A stretch of DNA of 64,000 nt from the human T2T-CHM13v2.0 reference genome, Homo sapiens (GCF_009914755.1 NC_060945.1); one strand, 5' to 3'; shown: positions 29,602 through 44,996, numbered from the stretch's first letter. Notes: generated by a model not told the origin, from the letters alone. A program made the numbers and translations.

Positions 29602-30419
29602 TGACAGGGAGAGAAGGCAGGGAAATTCTGGGCAGAAGAGGGCAGGTCCCCAGCAAGGGCCCCACCCTCAAGCTGAAAAGCCTGGAACCATGGCCTGAAG
29701 GGAGAACTTACAGCCCTGTTTTTCTGCTTCAATGTTGTCTTTTCCAAAACAACCCATGGCCCTGCCCTGCCCCCATCCTGTGCCCATAAAACCCTCGAGC
29801 TCAGACAACATGGAGAGGAGAAGGAACTGGATGCCTGAAACTACAGTCAGACATCAGAGAGAAGCAGCTTGACTTCAGAGGGACAGCTTCACAGTGTAGC
29901 TTCGAAGAGGAGCCGGGCTGGTGAGGGCCGGACTCCAGGGGAAGATTATTTTCTGGTTACATCCTCTTTTCAGCTCCCCTTCCTGCTGAGGGCCAGTTTC
30001 ACTGGCAATAAAATCCCCCACAATTACCATCTTCAATTTGTTCATGTGACCTCATTCCTCCTGGACACAGGGAAAGAACTCAGGGGCCACAAGTGTGGGT
30101 GCTAACGTCTGTCACACTGACTCTCTCCACTGAGCTGTTAACACTGAAGCCATCTGTGGATGGCAAAGCTAAAGGGGCAGTGTAACACTTCCTCTGGGGC
30201 TTCAGGGTTGGTGGGCACTCTCTCCTAGACACTGCCATGGGACCAGCATGAAGTTCACTCTTGCCAGCACCCAAAAGCGCTTGGCTTGGCTCCTGCACCT
30301 GCCCACCTGCACTGCCCCTCCCGCAAGGAATGGAGCAGCGAGTGAGTGGAGTTCATCCCTGCTGTGCCCGTGCACTTCAGTTCCTGCCTGCAAAGAGTTC
30401 AGGGAAATATTCAGTTTCA
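29602..30419 (+). mobile_element. ERV1 solo LTR, LTR27/LTR1-group
   Basis: tgacagggagagaaggcagggaaattctgggcagaagagggc..ccccaccctcaagc start; cataaaa TATA-like, aataaa, gtttca end. Confidence 0.8.
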
Positions 30420-33098
30420 TCAACATTGGGAAAGGCATTAAAGAGTTGAAGAGCAATGCACTTTTCCATGCCTTGCAAAACACCATCTATACAGGAATTG
30501 ATAACCAGGGAATTTGGCTGCTTCAGCAGTAGAAAAAACTAACAAATGGTCTGAGTTGAAAATATGGCTTTAACTTTTTCTTCTTGTTCTATGTGAGGCC
30601 CTTAATACATTAACCATAGTTTGACATATAATATATGACCAAAATTTTATTTTATATTTTTATTTTTTGAGGAAACTTTCCTCTGATACATCAATGCTAC
30701 TGTAGGAAATGAAAATGCGAATGAAAAATTAAACATTATCTACCACTGAGGGCCTTGAGATTACTTTGAAACAGATTATCAGCCTGTTTAAAGAAATTAT
30801 GAAAAAACATCAAGTTATTTCTGTTTTCTTTGACAATTATATTGTATTATGTGTGCTCTTCAAAATACCAGTAGAAGTGCTTGCCTTTCCCTGCTACAGT
30901 AGGTAAGAAAGGCACCAAATTGAATATAAAATGTGATCACTTTTTCTTTTACTCTCCTTCTTTCCACAGACTTTCCAGTAAAGTCAAAACAAACAAATAG
31001 ATGTTTCATTAATAATTTTATGAGTGCTTTTGTAAAATCTGATAAACATTTAGAAACAAATTAAGGGAAATGAACAAATAATGAGACCAACAGATGCACA
31101 CAACAATAAAAGCAATCAACATTGATTCTAGTTTTGCATGATGGTCCTTGGTGTCTTGTCTGTGTTTTCTGATGATTAATGCCTCAGGAAAACAATTTAC
31201 AGAAATCAGTATTGCAATTATTTTCTGTATCTTTTTAGGGGTTAGAGACATTGCTAAACTGTAACTGACAAAGTGATAAATCTGCACACTTTACAAATCT
31301 ATCAATTCTTATGTTTTATTTAACTATTTTCAAATGCAGCATTGTGTGAAAGCTACTGCAATAAACATTTTATTGGAAAAAATTCAAACACTTAAAGTAT
31401 GTGCTATATTTTAAGAAATAATTCAGTGATACATATAAGTCAAATGATTATTTTCTGTTAAAAAGTTAAATACAGTACAGTATGTACTTATTGTACTAGT
31501 AGTCAGGGGCAGAAGTGTGGGTGCTAACATGTTTCAGGACAAATGTCACTAGAATATCTTCAAGGCCTAGAGTCTGATTAGTAAATTAAAGGACATTTAC
31601 TTATGAATGTTTGTAATATGATATCTGCAAATTTCCTTTTACATGAAATTTGAATTATTTTTAAAGCAAAACTCAGATAAAGTTATTTCATGCATATACT
31701 ATTTAGGAAATTTGCTTTGCTTTACAACATCTGTTTTAAAGACAGTATACTACACATTTTGAGAGACTGAACATAGGTAGGACACATAATCTATCCTCAA
31801 ATTTTTGAAGCTTCCAAACAAGTTTGGTAAGGTCATGTATTTCACAATGCATTACAAATTGCATATTTGATAAACACATGTGCTTATAATTTGTCAGACA
31901 TTATTGTAAATATTTTACATCTATGCCCTTAAAATGCCCTACACAAAGGGACAAAGACATGGAGTCACAAAGCTAGGATGCAAACTCAGACAAACAGCTG
32001 AGCCTACTTTCTTAAACTCAATACTATTGTTCAAAATCTACTCCAGAATAGGCATTCTAATGGGAATATATAAAGCATAAGGTATTCTTGAGTGATTACT
32101 AGAATTATCAATAGAACCATAGACAGAAAATAAGACTGGAAATATACTGTTTTTATAGCTATGAAAGTCAAAGAAACGAATTTGAGTTGAATCTGTCATC
32201 ACTAATAAAAATTTGGTGGGGGAAGAAAAGTACAAGATGATTTCTTAGCACAGTATAGGTGTAAATTTATTCGGTTAATTAATTAAATATTTGCTTATTA
32301 GCAAACTATGTATTAAATGCCTATCATAGGTTCAGGCTTTGGGATGAGCCATGCAATAAAAATGAGAAAACAAAAAACACTGGAATCTATGGAATACTAA
32401 ATATAAGTAATATTGGGACTCATTTGTGCTTCTGGCAGAGAGAAGAAACACAAACCAGGATTATGTAACCATCATACCCAGGATTAAGTTTACATTTATA
32501 TTCATCTTCTGACAGGACACATGAGATGTCTGGATCAGAAAACAGATGTTTTATTACTCCCAGCAACATAAGTAGCCAGAGTAGCATCTTGCATTGCATT
32601 GGTTCTTTACACTCAAGTTTCTCATTAGGTGAAAAAATGAAGATATTCACCTGTGTATGTAGTGGGGTTTGCACTACCGGGAGAAAATTTGAAATTATGA
32701 GACCTGGAGTTTATCTAGGGAAGCTGGCACATTGGCCTGTCCTCACTTCTCAAGAAAGAAGGACAAAGACCTTTGAACGAATCATCTCTGTGAGGGAAAA
32801 GGATAATCCCTGGGTTTAATTAATCTCATAATATAAACAAATGTCTCCAAAAAAGACTGGGAAGACATCTATGGGTTTATTGCTTTAGAATATGATATCA
32901 GGAGCTCCAGGATTCTCATAGGCAGAATCCATGGGGATCTTTGGCTCAATGTTAATCTGTATATGCATAGAATAAAACTATGTGGCAATGAAGGAAATAC
33001 AGAAATACCATAAACTGAAGATCCTCAGAGTTCACACTTTGGTAGATATTTGACTTTTTCCAGGCAGAGGAGAGAGAACATTTAGAATAAATGGGACA

Positions 33099-34152
<1,054 letters not shown>

Positions 34153-34266
34153 TTAGAATAAATGGGACAGTCAATAAAGAGGCTAAAGGCATCTAGTCTT
34201 AATAATAAAGTTAAACAATTGCTAGAATTAAGGCCACTTTATAGTTGTTCTAAGTAAAAATCAAGC

Positions 34267-34623
34267 TGCTATGAACTGAACGTTTGTGTTTCTTCAAATT
34301 GCGTACATTGGTGCTTAAATCCCCAATGCAATGGTATTTGGAAGTAGAGCCTTTGGAAGATAATTATGTCATGAAGGTGAAGCCCTAATGAATAGCTTAG
34401 TGACATTATATGATGAGACAAAAGAGAAGTGATCTCTCTCTCTACTCCCTGCCACGTCGAGATACAGGAAGATGGCTATGTGCAAACCAGGAATGGGGTC
34501 CTCATCAGTTACTAAGTGCCTTGATCTTGGCGTTCAAGAATCCAGAACTGTGAGAAATAAATTTCTGTGGTTTAAGCCATCCAGTCTATGGTATTCTGTT
34601 ACTGCAGCCCAAACTGAAACACA
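34267..34623 (+). mobile_element. MaLR LTR (MLT1A-like)
   Basis: tgctatgaactgaa start; ccttgatcttgg...ccagaactgtgagaaataaatttctg..tttaagcca; cagcccaaactgaaacaca end. Confidence 0.88.
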
Positions 34624-36088
34624 TGCTGATCTGCAAGAAATTTAATTGACTGGCAAGATAAACATGAACACTTCTTAAAGGAAGACAGTTAAATCTAAAA
34701 ACTCAACAAAGTAACACTCATAATATGTGGCATGAAATAAAGTTTAGTTGACATGTGAAGAAGTAACAGTGTTATCCATAATTGGGAGAAAAATCTGTCA
34801 ATAGAAATTGACACAGAAATGTCAGAGATGATGGAATTAACACACAAGCTCATTAAAAACTTATTAACGCAAAGCTTTTAAGGAAACACTGAACATGATG
34901 AGAAGATACATTTAAATTACTTTTAAAGGGAAGTTTGTGAGTTGATACATATAATGCAATAAGGAAATAAATCATCAGATTAATTTATAAGCAGATATAC
35001 AAAGGAGAATAAAATGTTAGTTAAGTTAGAGACATAACAATAGAAATCACAGAGAAAAAATATTTTTTAAAAATGAAAGAGCCTGATGGTATATAAAGGA
35101 ATATTATAACACTGAATATAAACAGAAACTGGGAAAGAAATGGATGTCAGAAAATATTTGAATAAATAATGGCAAAACATTTCAAATTTAATGAGAGTTA
35201 TAAAACCATGAAAATTATAAAATCTATTAAGCTTAAAAAACAAGCAAACACTAGAAATATTAAAAAATCCAATCAAGACACATCAAAATCAAACTGCTGA
35301 ATACCAGCATCAGTGAGAAAATTTTATGATCATGGCTAGGAGGAAAACACATACATTCACTAAAAAATAAATACAAGTGAGATCAGAAACATTGCTGCAA
35401 CATGTTAAAACAGAAGACAATAAAACAGCAGTTAAAAGAACCAGAGAAAGACTGATTCATCGAGATTGCCTTTCGATTAAAATGTATTTCAAAAAGGAAA
35501 GAGACAACAAGAATTAAAAATATGGAAAAACCCCTAAAACTGGACACTAGAAAACTTTCATATCAAGAAGAGTAAGTTCTTCAGATGAAGAAAATAATAT
35601 AAGGCAATCTATGCAGAAGGGAAACAGAAAGTCAATAGTAAATATGTAACCAAATATAATTTTTTTTCACAACTTTGTTTCTTTAAACAAGAAAGAAACA
35701 AATCTATTACAGGATTTTAAACAAATTTAGAAATTAAAGATACCATAAAAACGTCAAAAAGGATGAAAGGGATGTTTGTATCCATTAAGTTGTATAATAT
35801 TATTTGAAAGTAGATGATAATATGTTAAAGATGCAGCTGCAGTCTGTAGACAAACCACTGAAATGTGATATAAACAGATATCTCTAATAAGGCATTAGTG
35901 GATATGAAATGAATACTAAAGAAAATAATCAAAGCAAATGCTGGAAGAAAATTGAAGACAGAAATATGACAGAAGATAGATTTTTTGGTAATAGATTTTG
36001 GAAAATAGATTTTATGTCAGAATAGATTTTTTTTTTTTAATGAGAGAAAGATGCCCAAGTATTTATTGTCTACAAGAAGCTCACTTTA

Positions 36089-36166
36089 GCCGAGATTGTG
36101 CCACGCCACTGCACTCCAGCCTGGGCGACAGAGCCAGACTCCGTCTCAAAAAAAAAAAAAAAAAAA
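36089..36166 (+). mobile_element. Extremely 5'-truncated Alu (AluY-like 3' tip)
   Basis: gccgagattgtgccacgccactgcactccagcctgggcgacagag plus poly(A); TSD aagaagctcacttta/aaaaagctaacttta. Confidence 0.88.
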
Positions 36167-37692
36167 GCTAACTTTAAATATAAAGATTCAGATAGGCAAA
36201 AATGAAGCAATAGAGAAAAATATATATTCTTACATTAACTTCAAGAAAGCTGGAGAATCTATATTAATTTCAGAGAAAACAACTTCAGAAAAGGGAAAAT
36301 TATGAGGAATGAAGAGAGACATTATATGACAAAATGATTAATTCTTAAAAAACTCATAATAATTAATAATGTGATTGCACTTGAATAAAGCATTAATAAT
36401 TATGATGCAAAAACTAATTAAAAAATGGAGAAGTAGATAAAACCAGTATTGTAATTGGAGACTTCAACAGTCCTCTAGTAGTAATTGATGGACAAGCAAG
36501 CATAAAATAGGAATACAGTTAACCTGAAAAGCACTATTATCAACTTAATTTAATTGATACATTTAGAACATTCCACCACAGGAAAAGCAGAATGCACATT
36601 CTTCTGAAGTTCACATGGAACATTAATTAAGACAGACTAGTTTCTTGGCCATAATGCACACTTTAACAATTTTGTATAAAAATAGAAGCCACACGAAGTA
36701 TTTTCTCAAATCTTAATGCAATTTAACTAGAAATCTATAATGAAAGGTAGCTGAAAAATTCCCAGGTATTGGAAGTTAAACAGTTAGACTTCTAAATAAT
36801 ACATTGATCAAGGAAAAGATCTGAAAATAAATTTTAAAATATACTGAACTAAGTTAAGATAAAATACAACAACTCAGATTTGTGGGATGCAGCAAAATCA
36901 GTGCTTTGAGGTAAAGTTAAAGCATTAAATGGCTGTATCAAAAAAGAAGTAAATAAAATAAACACTCTAAGCTTCTGCCTAGGAAAAATAGAGAAAGAAG
37001 ATACATTTAAGCCTAAAGCAAACAGAAAAACAGAATAGAAATAAGTTAGAGCCTGGGCTATAAATGCATATGTGTGTATATATATGTGCATAAATGCATA
37101 TGTGCACACACACACACACGTGGATTGCCAGGAAGAGCCTTTGTAACTGCCTTTGGTCAGGCCTTAAAACAAAACAAAACGTACACACATAAATTTTTGG
37201 CCATAAACTGGATTCCTCACAGGTCTTAGAAAAAATGAATAACTGTAAATATTCATTTTAGAAAAAAATTAGAAACCTAAAATTGATATGCTAAGAATAT
37301 AACTCAAGGAGTGATCAAAATTAAAATAAAAAAATCTAAAGACTGTAGGAAGAAAGATATAAGTGTAGAAATTAATTGAAAAGAAATGGACCGAAAACAT
37401 AAAATATTTAGAGACACTAAAACATGAGAAAATCTCTTGCTAATGGTTCAGTGTTCTACTCCAATTAGTCTTTTTGCAGTAACAAAAGAAGAACAAATCA
37501 CTTTAGAAATAAATACATACATGAACATAAAACATACATACTAGTAAAATATGTCCATGAAGAAGTAGAAAATATGGATAATCCTTTAGCTGACAAAATT
37601 TTGGAATCATTAAAAAGCTTCCCACCAAAAAAAAAATGATAATGCATAGATGGTTTTCTAAATGAATTTCAGCCAATACTTAAGGTATAAAA

Positions 37693-38397
37693 GTTTTTTT
37701 TAAAATTTTTTATTTCCACAGGTTTTTGGGGAACACATAGTATTTGGTTACATGAGTAAGCTCTTTAGAAGTGATTTGTGAGATTTTGGTGCACACATCA
37801 CCTAAGCAGTTTACACTGAATGCATGTATTAGTCTGTTTTCACGCTGCTGACAAAGTCATACAGAAACTGGGAAGAAAAGGAGGTTTAATTGGACTTAAG
37901 AGTTCCACATGTCTGGGGAGGCCTCAGAATCATGGGAGGAGGTGAAATGCACTTCTTGCATGTCAGTGGCAAGAGAAAAATGAGGACGAAGCAACAGCGG
38001 AAACCCCGGATAAACCCGTCAGATCTCGAGACTTATTCACCATCATGAGAATAGCACGGGAAAGACAGGCCCCCATGATTCAATTACCTCCTCCTGGGTC
38101 CCTCTCACAACACGTGGCAATTCTGGGAGATAACATTTAAGTTTAGATTTGGGTGGGTACTCAGCCAAACCATATCAACACAATTTGTAGTCTTTTATCC
38201 CTCACCCCTCCCACTCTTTCCCTTGAGGAAAAGAAGTTATTATACAAAAAAGATATGTGCGCACGCATGTTTATAGCAGCACAATTCACAATTGTAAAAA
38301 CGTGGAACCAACCCAAATGCCTATTAATCAACAAATCAATTAGTGAATAACAAAATTGTGGTGTATATATATCTATATATATAATACATATACATAG

Positions 38398-38430
<33 letters not shown>

Positions 38431-38461
38431 GAGGATGGAATACTACTCGGCCATAAAAAGG
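37693..38461 (-). mobile_element. L1PB1-like insertion with a 5' inversion
   Basis: Antisense 3' end at 37693-38226 (interrupted by THE1A), then sense-oriented ORF2-end sequence at 38224-38461. Confidence 0.85.
37825..38177 (-). mobile_element. THE1A solo LTR
   Basis: tgtattagtctgttttcacgctgctga...gggaagaaaaggaggtttaattggactt...cagccaaaccatatca. Confidence 0.92.
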
Positions 38462-41359
38462 TCTAGAAAATTTTAAGTTCTGTAAAATGCAGTAGAGAAT
38501 AAAACAAGATGGGAAAGCCTCAACTAATTTTGTAAAACTAGTCCAACATTGTTATCAAAATAAGCCAAGAACACTATGACTTAATAAAGTTACAGGTCAT
38601 TATCATTTAAGACCATATATGCAAAAATTCCATGTCAGATAAAAATAAGACTAGGTTACAACTAGATTGGAATATTTTATAGAAATAAAATATTAATGCA
38701 CTTTTTAAAAATTAGTAAATTAATCTGATAAACAGAATATATAAAGAGCCATATGGTTATCTTAATAAATATCAAATAGTTCTATAAAATCCAATATCTA
38801 TCATAATTTTTAAAATATAAACATTTTCAATTTAGTAATAAAAGGTAACAGTCTGAATCTTGTGAAAGGTATCTGTAAAACCAACAGTAAATGTCATACT
38901 GATGAAATATTAAGAACCTTTCTGTTACGATCAGATAAAAAATAAAATGCATGCTGTAACCCCTTCTATTCAATATTCTTCTACGATAATTTTGTATTGT
39001 TGTAGTAATATCGAGGAAAGAAAATCTAAATTCCATATGGATAATTAAACAAAGTGTGATTTAGGAACACAAAGTGAGCTCTAATGAAATAAAATAATGT
39101 GTTTAGCACAAAGTCGGAATATTGGCTTTCCTGGGGGAAAGAGAGGAAAAGAGACATGATGATACAAACAGGAATCGAAACAGGAGATTTTAGAAACATG
39201 GTAACATTCTGCTTCTTAAATTGGATGGTGAATGTGCTAGTATGTATTTTATTGTTTCAAACTGGATATAGAAGTTATCTGTACATTTGTATGAATAATA
39301 TATTCCGTAATAAAACTTTTCATTAAACTAGGAGACAAAAATAAGTCTAAGGTTACACAATGTCCAGTTCTGGGCTTTCTTCATCTGAATTGTATTGCCT
39401 ATAAATTATAATATAATTCCAATCATTATTCTCTTGCTCATCACAATATTTCATTCAAAGATAAAACCTTTTTAGATAATCCATCCTTCGATATAGCTAA
39501 ATGCCTGCGCTTATGTATTATGCAGAACCCGACATTTTCAGCCTGATCATAGGAGTTGAACTAACTCATTCCAGGTCAGAATTAGTGAACATTGTGTCTA
39601 TCCCTATAATTACCATTTTTAAAAATCTCATTAGGGTAAATTTTTCAGAAGTTGTGAATACTGCTCTTAGAAACAATAATTTTAATTTAAATTCTGGTAT
39701 GTAGGATGAAGGGGAGTGAACATAAGGTGAAAGAATATGTAAATTGACCCCAGCACTACTTTAAAATTAAGTAAATGTCTTTACTAAAATGCAACAAAAT
39801 CTTAAAGTATCTTAATTGTATTTTTTTTATATTTTGCTAGAAAAATCACTGAGCATTCTGTTGACTAGATCAGTATTTAATTTTTAACCATTTTCCAAAG
39901 TCAAACGTCTGTCTTAAACTTTAAGTACTGAAGTTAACACGATGCTAAAACAATTTTAGAAAAAATAATTTCTGCCTTTAAAAGGTACTTAAGCATGTTC
40001 TTATAATACTCATTATATTCCAATTAATTTATACTCCATGAATCTCAAAGATTGAAATTAAAAAACATATGTCGATCTATATTAGTGAAGACATACTGCC
40101 CTCTTTTGAACAAAGTAAAATTTCAGGGAAAAACGGTTTTTTTACAAAGCAAAATCAGAGTGCATAGAAAAAATAAATGCAGAGATGATGGTAAACAAAG
40201 AAGATTACCTTGCACATTTTATAAAGATTTTAAGAATGCTGAATTTGATTTTACTTTCTCAAACTTTTAGTATGTGTGTTTGTTTACTTTCATGATAATT
40301 CTTAAATGCATTTGAACACAGTTTGCAGTTTAAAGAATATATCTATACATATGGAAACCCTTGTCTTAAAGATATCTAATGATTGTTTTAAGTAATAAAA
40401 ACTCTGATATTCTCTGCAGATTCCACCTGAAGTAATTTATCACCATTTTGTTATTGCTATTATTCACCTCTATGAATGCTTTTTTACTTGACAAGTCTGT
40501 ATCCGTAGTTTAGCAACGAGGCCAGAACAATAAATCTGTCACTGTGTGATACACTCTGGGTACAAGTTTATGAGATTGTCTCCATGTAGATGGCTACCTA
40601 AAATTATTCTAGAATGTCATAACTCTATTAACTTTTTCTCTAATTTTGTAATATTTGGATATTCTCCGTTAAAAGAATAAATGTGGAAATTTTATAATTT
40701 TCATGTTTTTTAAAGAAATGCCAACACTTAGCATGACAAAGGGAGCTAAATCCTCATTCTCTATTCAATATTATTGCTATAGATGTTTTAATACCTGAAT
40801 TTTTGAGTGAAAGTCGATGAACACAGAATGGATATTCCTGTAATAAACAACTTTATTGCAATCACTAGCTTAAATAGTTATAGTACTCACTTAAATTGAT
40901 TTTAAAGATGAATTTAATTATTTCCATTCACTAAGCCCTATTCTGTGATGTGAAAGTATGTTTCTCTGGAAGAGTGAAAAAAACAGTTTTTTTCTGCCCT
41001 TTGATTTTTGCCCTCCCTGGTAATGGAAAGTTAAAAAAGCATATGCCTTTTTGTGGTCAAGTGTGAATGACTTTCTAAGATAGCCAACAACTAAGAAGTT
41101 TCATTGGTAAATAAGAATGAAAATGAGATTTCAATGTACAATGAATCATCACTACTTCTACTGAACGATGGGCACCTTTAGTTCCTGAACAGGATGATCA
41201 AGAGAATCATCAACGGGTTGGGCATTTCAGAAAGAAGATGAAGTGTGTGTTAGTGGAGGAAGCTAGCCAAGAAAGCAACGATCTAATATAATTAGGAAGA
41301 GGCTTTAGAAAAGATGGGAATGGAGACAGTCTGTGCTCAGAATTCAAAGACACAAATAG

Positions 41360-43167
41360 GAGCTAGGGTACAAATTGGTTATTTATCATGCCCTCTAGAG
41401 AAGAAGCACAGACTGTACTTAGTGCATATTCCCTCACACTTTACCTGTATCTCCAAGAAAATCAAAACAAAACGAAACTTAAACAATATGATGATGACAA
41501 CAGCAACAACAAACTCTAATATCCGTAATTTAGGGCATGACCTACCCAACAAGATAAAAATAGTTCCTCCTGACAGACTAAAGCCTCCAACTTTACATTA
41601 GACCCCTCACGAAATGACAATCAAAAAGATTCCTAGGTTTAACTGGATATTGTGGACACGAAGGCGAGTATTTTTCTGCAATTCTAAAACCCCTTTTTCA
41701 ATTTTGACTAAGTCCGCAGTATAAGACTCTCTCTTTTTGAAATCCAAACATAAACAGGACCACTAGAACCTGGAGAAATCTCTTCAACAGCCTTCTTTTC
41801 TAGTCATCTCTACAAAAAAAGAAGTTTTTTTTTTTTCTATTTATACATATGTGATCTGGAATCCTTGGAACTTAAACTCAACTTCATGGGAAATGTAAAA
41901 ACATACTTTTAAATTCTAACTCCATCTTTGACCAGATTGCAAAGGTTCATATCCCTTGCTTTAGGGCAAGAGCTGCCACTGCAAAACCTACTGATGCTCT
42001 TACTGACTTAGTCCTAGGCTGCCCATTGACTTCATGGCTCCTTATGCAGTGCGTATATTATTGATACTTCTAACTGAGAAAACACTACACTTTTAAGACA
42101 GTAGATTAATGTCTTCTCAGAATCTCTTATCCTTTCTCTTCCACATCACTATTCCCTGCTATAACACCCAAAATCCTGCCACAGTGGGCCTTACCGGAAG
42201 GGAATTCTCACTATTGTCTTACTCAGGGAAGTTTCTTTATTTTACTCAAATTTATTAAAGATTCCCATTGAGAACCCTGACCTAATATTTTTTGTTGAAG
42301 GATCATGCCTCAAAATTGAAACTGGAAGTTAACCAAAAGGATATGTTATCACTAATAAAAGTTCTCCTTTGTTTTACAGTACTTTACATTAGGTAAAATC
42401 AGCCCAGATGGCAGAAATTATTGCACATACTAGGGACTGTCAACTAGTCAACAGTCATAGACCAAGCCTATATACAAATAACAGATAACCTTCTCAAGCA
42501 GTACTTGGCTTTGTTATGTTTTGGAAACAAAGGATGTTGCTTCTTTTGCTGGAAACTCCATCAGAAATAGGCAAGTTAAGAAACTTTAAAATTCATTTCT
42601 ACTTCTTAGTGAGGAAATTATTACAAAAGTTGAGACCAATGCAACAAATTTCTGACACAAGTAGTAGTGGACAATCTCATTGTTCTCTATTTCTTGATGT
42701 CTAACCATGGTGGCTTCTCAACTATTAATAATATGTCATGCTATTATTTGGAGGTACAGAGATAAAGCATGCAAAGTAGAATAGGCTACACATTTTCTTT
42801 TAAAAAAAGTTACCTGACTGTCTACAACTGATTTTTATCACATTTGGGACTTACTATCTTGGCTTGTATTGGGCAATTGGGGTTCTTGTTCCAAATTATC
42901 TTTGAGGACCTATTGATTATTCTCATTTTTGCCGTAGTGGTCATGATGTTAGCTCATTGCTTTACATCCAGAGTCTTAAATGCTTCTCTGTAGTTTCCCT
43001 CTTATCAGAAAATCACCATCATAATACAATAGCAAAAAGCTGGAGAAGATCTATTGATACAGTTGATTATGGAGACAACTGAATGATCTCAAGCAGTAAA
43101 GACCTGGATCCCTAACCTTTCATTTATTGGTAAATCTCTTACAAATGACAGTAACGAAAAGGGAAAC
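41360..43167 (+). mobile_element. Decayed class-I ERV internal region (pol RT/RNase H and env TM remnants)
   Basis: Translated motifs: FLGLTGYC..FSAILKPL (41630), SAQMAEIIAHTRDCQL..SLYTNNR (RNase H), QVVVDNLIVLYFL..HGG..NMSC (env immunosuppressive domain, 42658), TM helix LLIILIFAVVVMMLAHC; polypurine tract at 43156. Confidence 0.85.
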
Positions 43168-43615
43168 TGAAGGACTGAATATACAATGGGCAATTACGAA
43201 ATACTATAGGGTAATTGATCTCTGACTCACAATTTCTGCAGTAACCAACCCAGGAAGTCAAAGCATATCCTCTTTAGCAGTCAGCACAGAAGGACTAAGA
43301 ACCCGTGACAACAACTGCTATCTTCCCTATTTTTATCCCACTTCCAACTCAGGGACAATCATAGAGAGCCAATTATGCTTTCCAAAGTAATCATATATTT
43401 CAAGTTAGCCCTCTTCAGCTTCTCCAGCCAAAAACCTCCCATCAGAGCATTCCTGAAACTTTCTCCTGTGTTCATTATAGAGCTTTCCCTCTCCTCTCCT
43501 TGCATTTGAGTCTCCACCGAAGGCAAATGATGGCAGCTGAATCCCTTGTTACATGAAGTTATGACTACATGGCTTTTGTGTTTCCTTATTTACGTAGACT
43601 TCATTTATTGCTATA
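43168..43615 (+). mobile_element. ERV1 3' LTR (MER89/MER90-group)
   Basis: Follows the polypurine tract; ctctgactcacaatttctgcagtaaccaacccaggaag, cttccaactcaggg, tttgagtctc..caaatgatggcagctgaatccctt. Confidence 0.75.
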
Positions 43616-43819
43616 TCTGCACCGAATAGCATCTCTTTCTAATCTATTCTTCTCTAAGGATACAATTGTTTTTTTTTTTTAAATAAGTGTCTTATTTTGA
43701 CGGATCACTCTCTTATAATTCCCTTATAATACTCACACATAAGAGAAGTCTTCATCTATGTCCCATTTAGTATTAAGGATTCACAATTCATTATTTGATC
43801 ATCGGTCACAAGAATAGTG

Positions 43820-44030
43820 GCTGGCTACATTATTTCTGGGGCCCAAGTCCCAACACTCATTAACTGTGTGATCTTAGGTCAGTGACAACTCATCTATCTT
43901 TATTTTATTTACTTATATTTACTCATCTATGCCTTATTGTGTAATGGGAATAATGACTCTATTTTCTTGATTGTCTTGAGATAATTAAATGGATATTCTT
44001 GAGATATTAAATGAGATAATTAAATAAGAA
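43820..44030 (+). mobile_element. MIR remnant
   Basis: ttaactgtgtgatcttaggtcagtgac, gtaatgggaataat, ttaaatgagataat. Confidence 0.6.
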
Positions 44031-44688
44031 ACAGAATTTAACATGATTCTCTAATGCACAAAAAGCATATAAAATATACCTATTAAAATGCTTATAAAAA
44101 GTAGCTATTTTATTGGCTATTATTATCAAGTTTAAATATCTGACAACAGATATCCAACATTATAAGAGGTTTCTCTTACAGCTAAAAGCATTACATTTCA
44201 TCATTTCATGAATCAACTTACTTTTACTGAAAATAATATTATAACATAAACTCGTATAATTCAAATATTTTCCCCTTGAATTAAGTACCTATAGGTAATG
44301 ATCAAGATTTGAAAGTAGAAAAACAAAGTATTAGTTTTCTGTTGTGCTAATTATATAAAATCCCCTTGAAAACCAAATCTAATTTACATATTGTCATTGC
44401 ATCAGTGACTTTGGTTTCAATACAACAATGGACAACTTATTTTTTTTAATCCACCCTGTCCTCTACTTTCCCCACTTAACTAATCTGTAGAAAAAAATAC
44501 ATATCATAAAGTGCATTGTAATAATACGCATCTCACCTATCTTACCTTCAGTTCTGTGTCTCTGTTCATTTTCATTTTCTGCAGTAACCAAGTACTACTT
44601 AAGAAACTTTGAAACTATGCACACCAAAACTCTTTCAAGAACCAATTTTAGTGTTTACAATAGTTAATAATAACCACAGCTGTACTAA

Positions 44689-44996
<308 letters not shown>

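Larger units (their letters stand above)
34650..39330 (+). mobile_element. Old L1M body (ORF1/ORF2 remnants), multiply interrupted
   Basis: Endonuclease-like motifs (tgtctacaagaagctcacttt, ggagacttcaacagtcctct, gcagaatgcacattcttctgaagttcacatggaacatt, ttgtgggatgcagcaaaa); boundaries approximate. Confidence 0.7.

Noticed and set aside
40408-40610. Acceptor-like tattctctgcag and other isolated splice-like signals (e.g. 48435-48575)
   Set aside because: No consistent reading frame or exon chain; such signals are frequent by chance.
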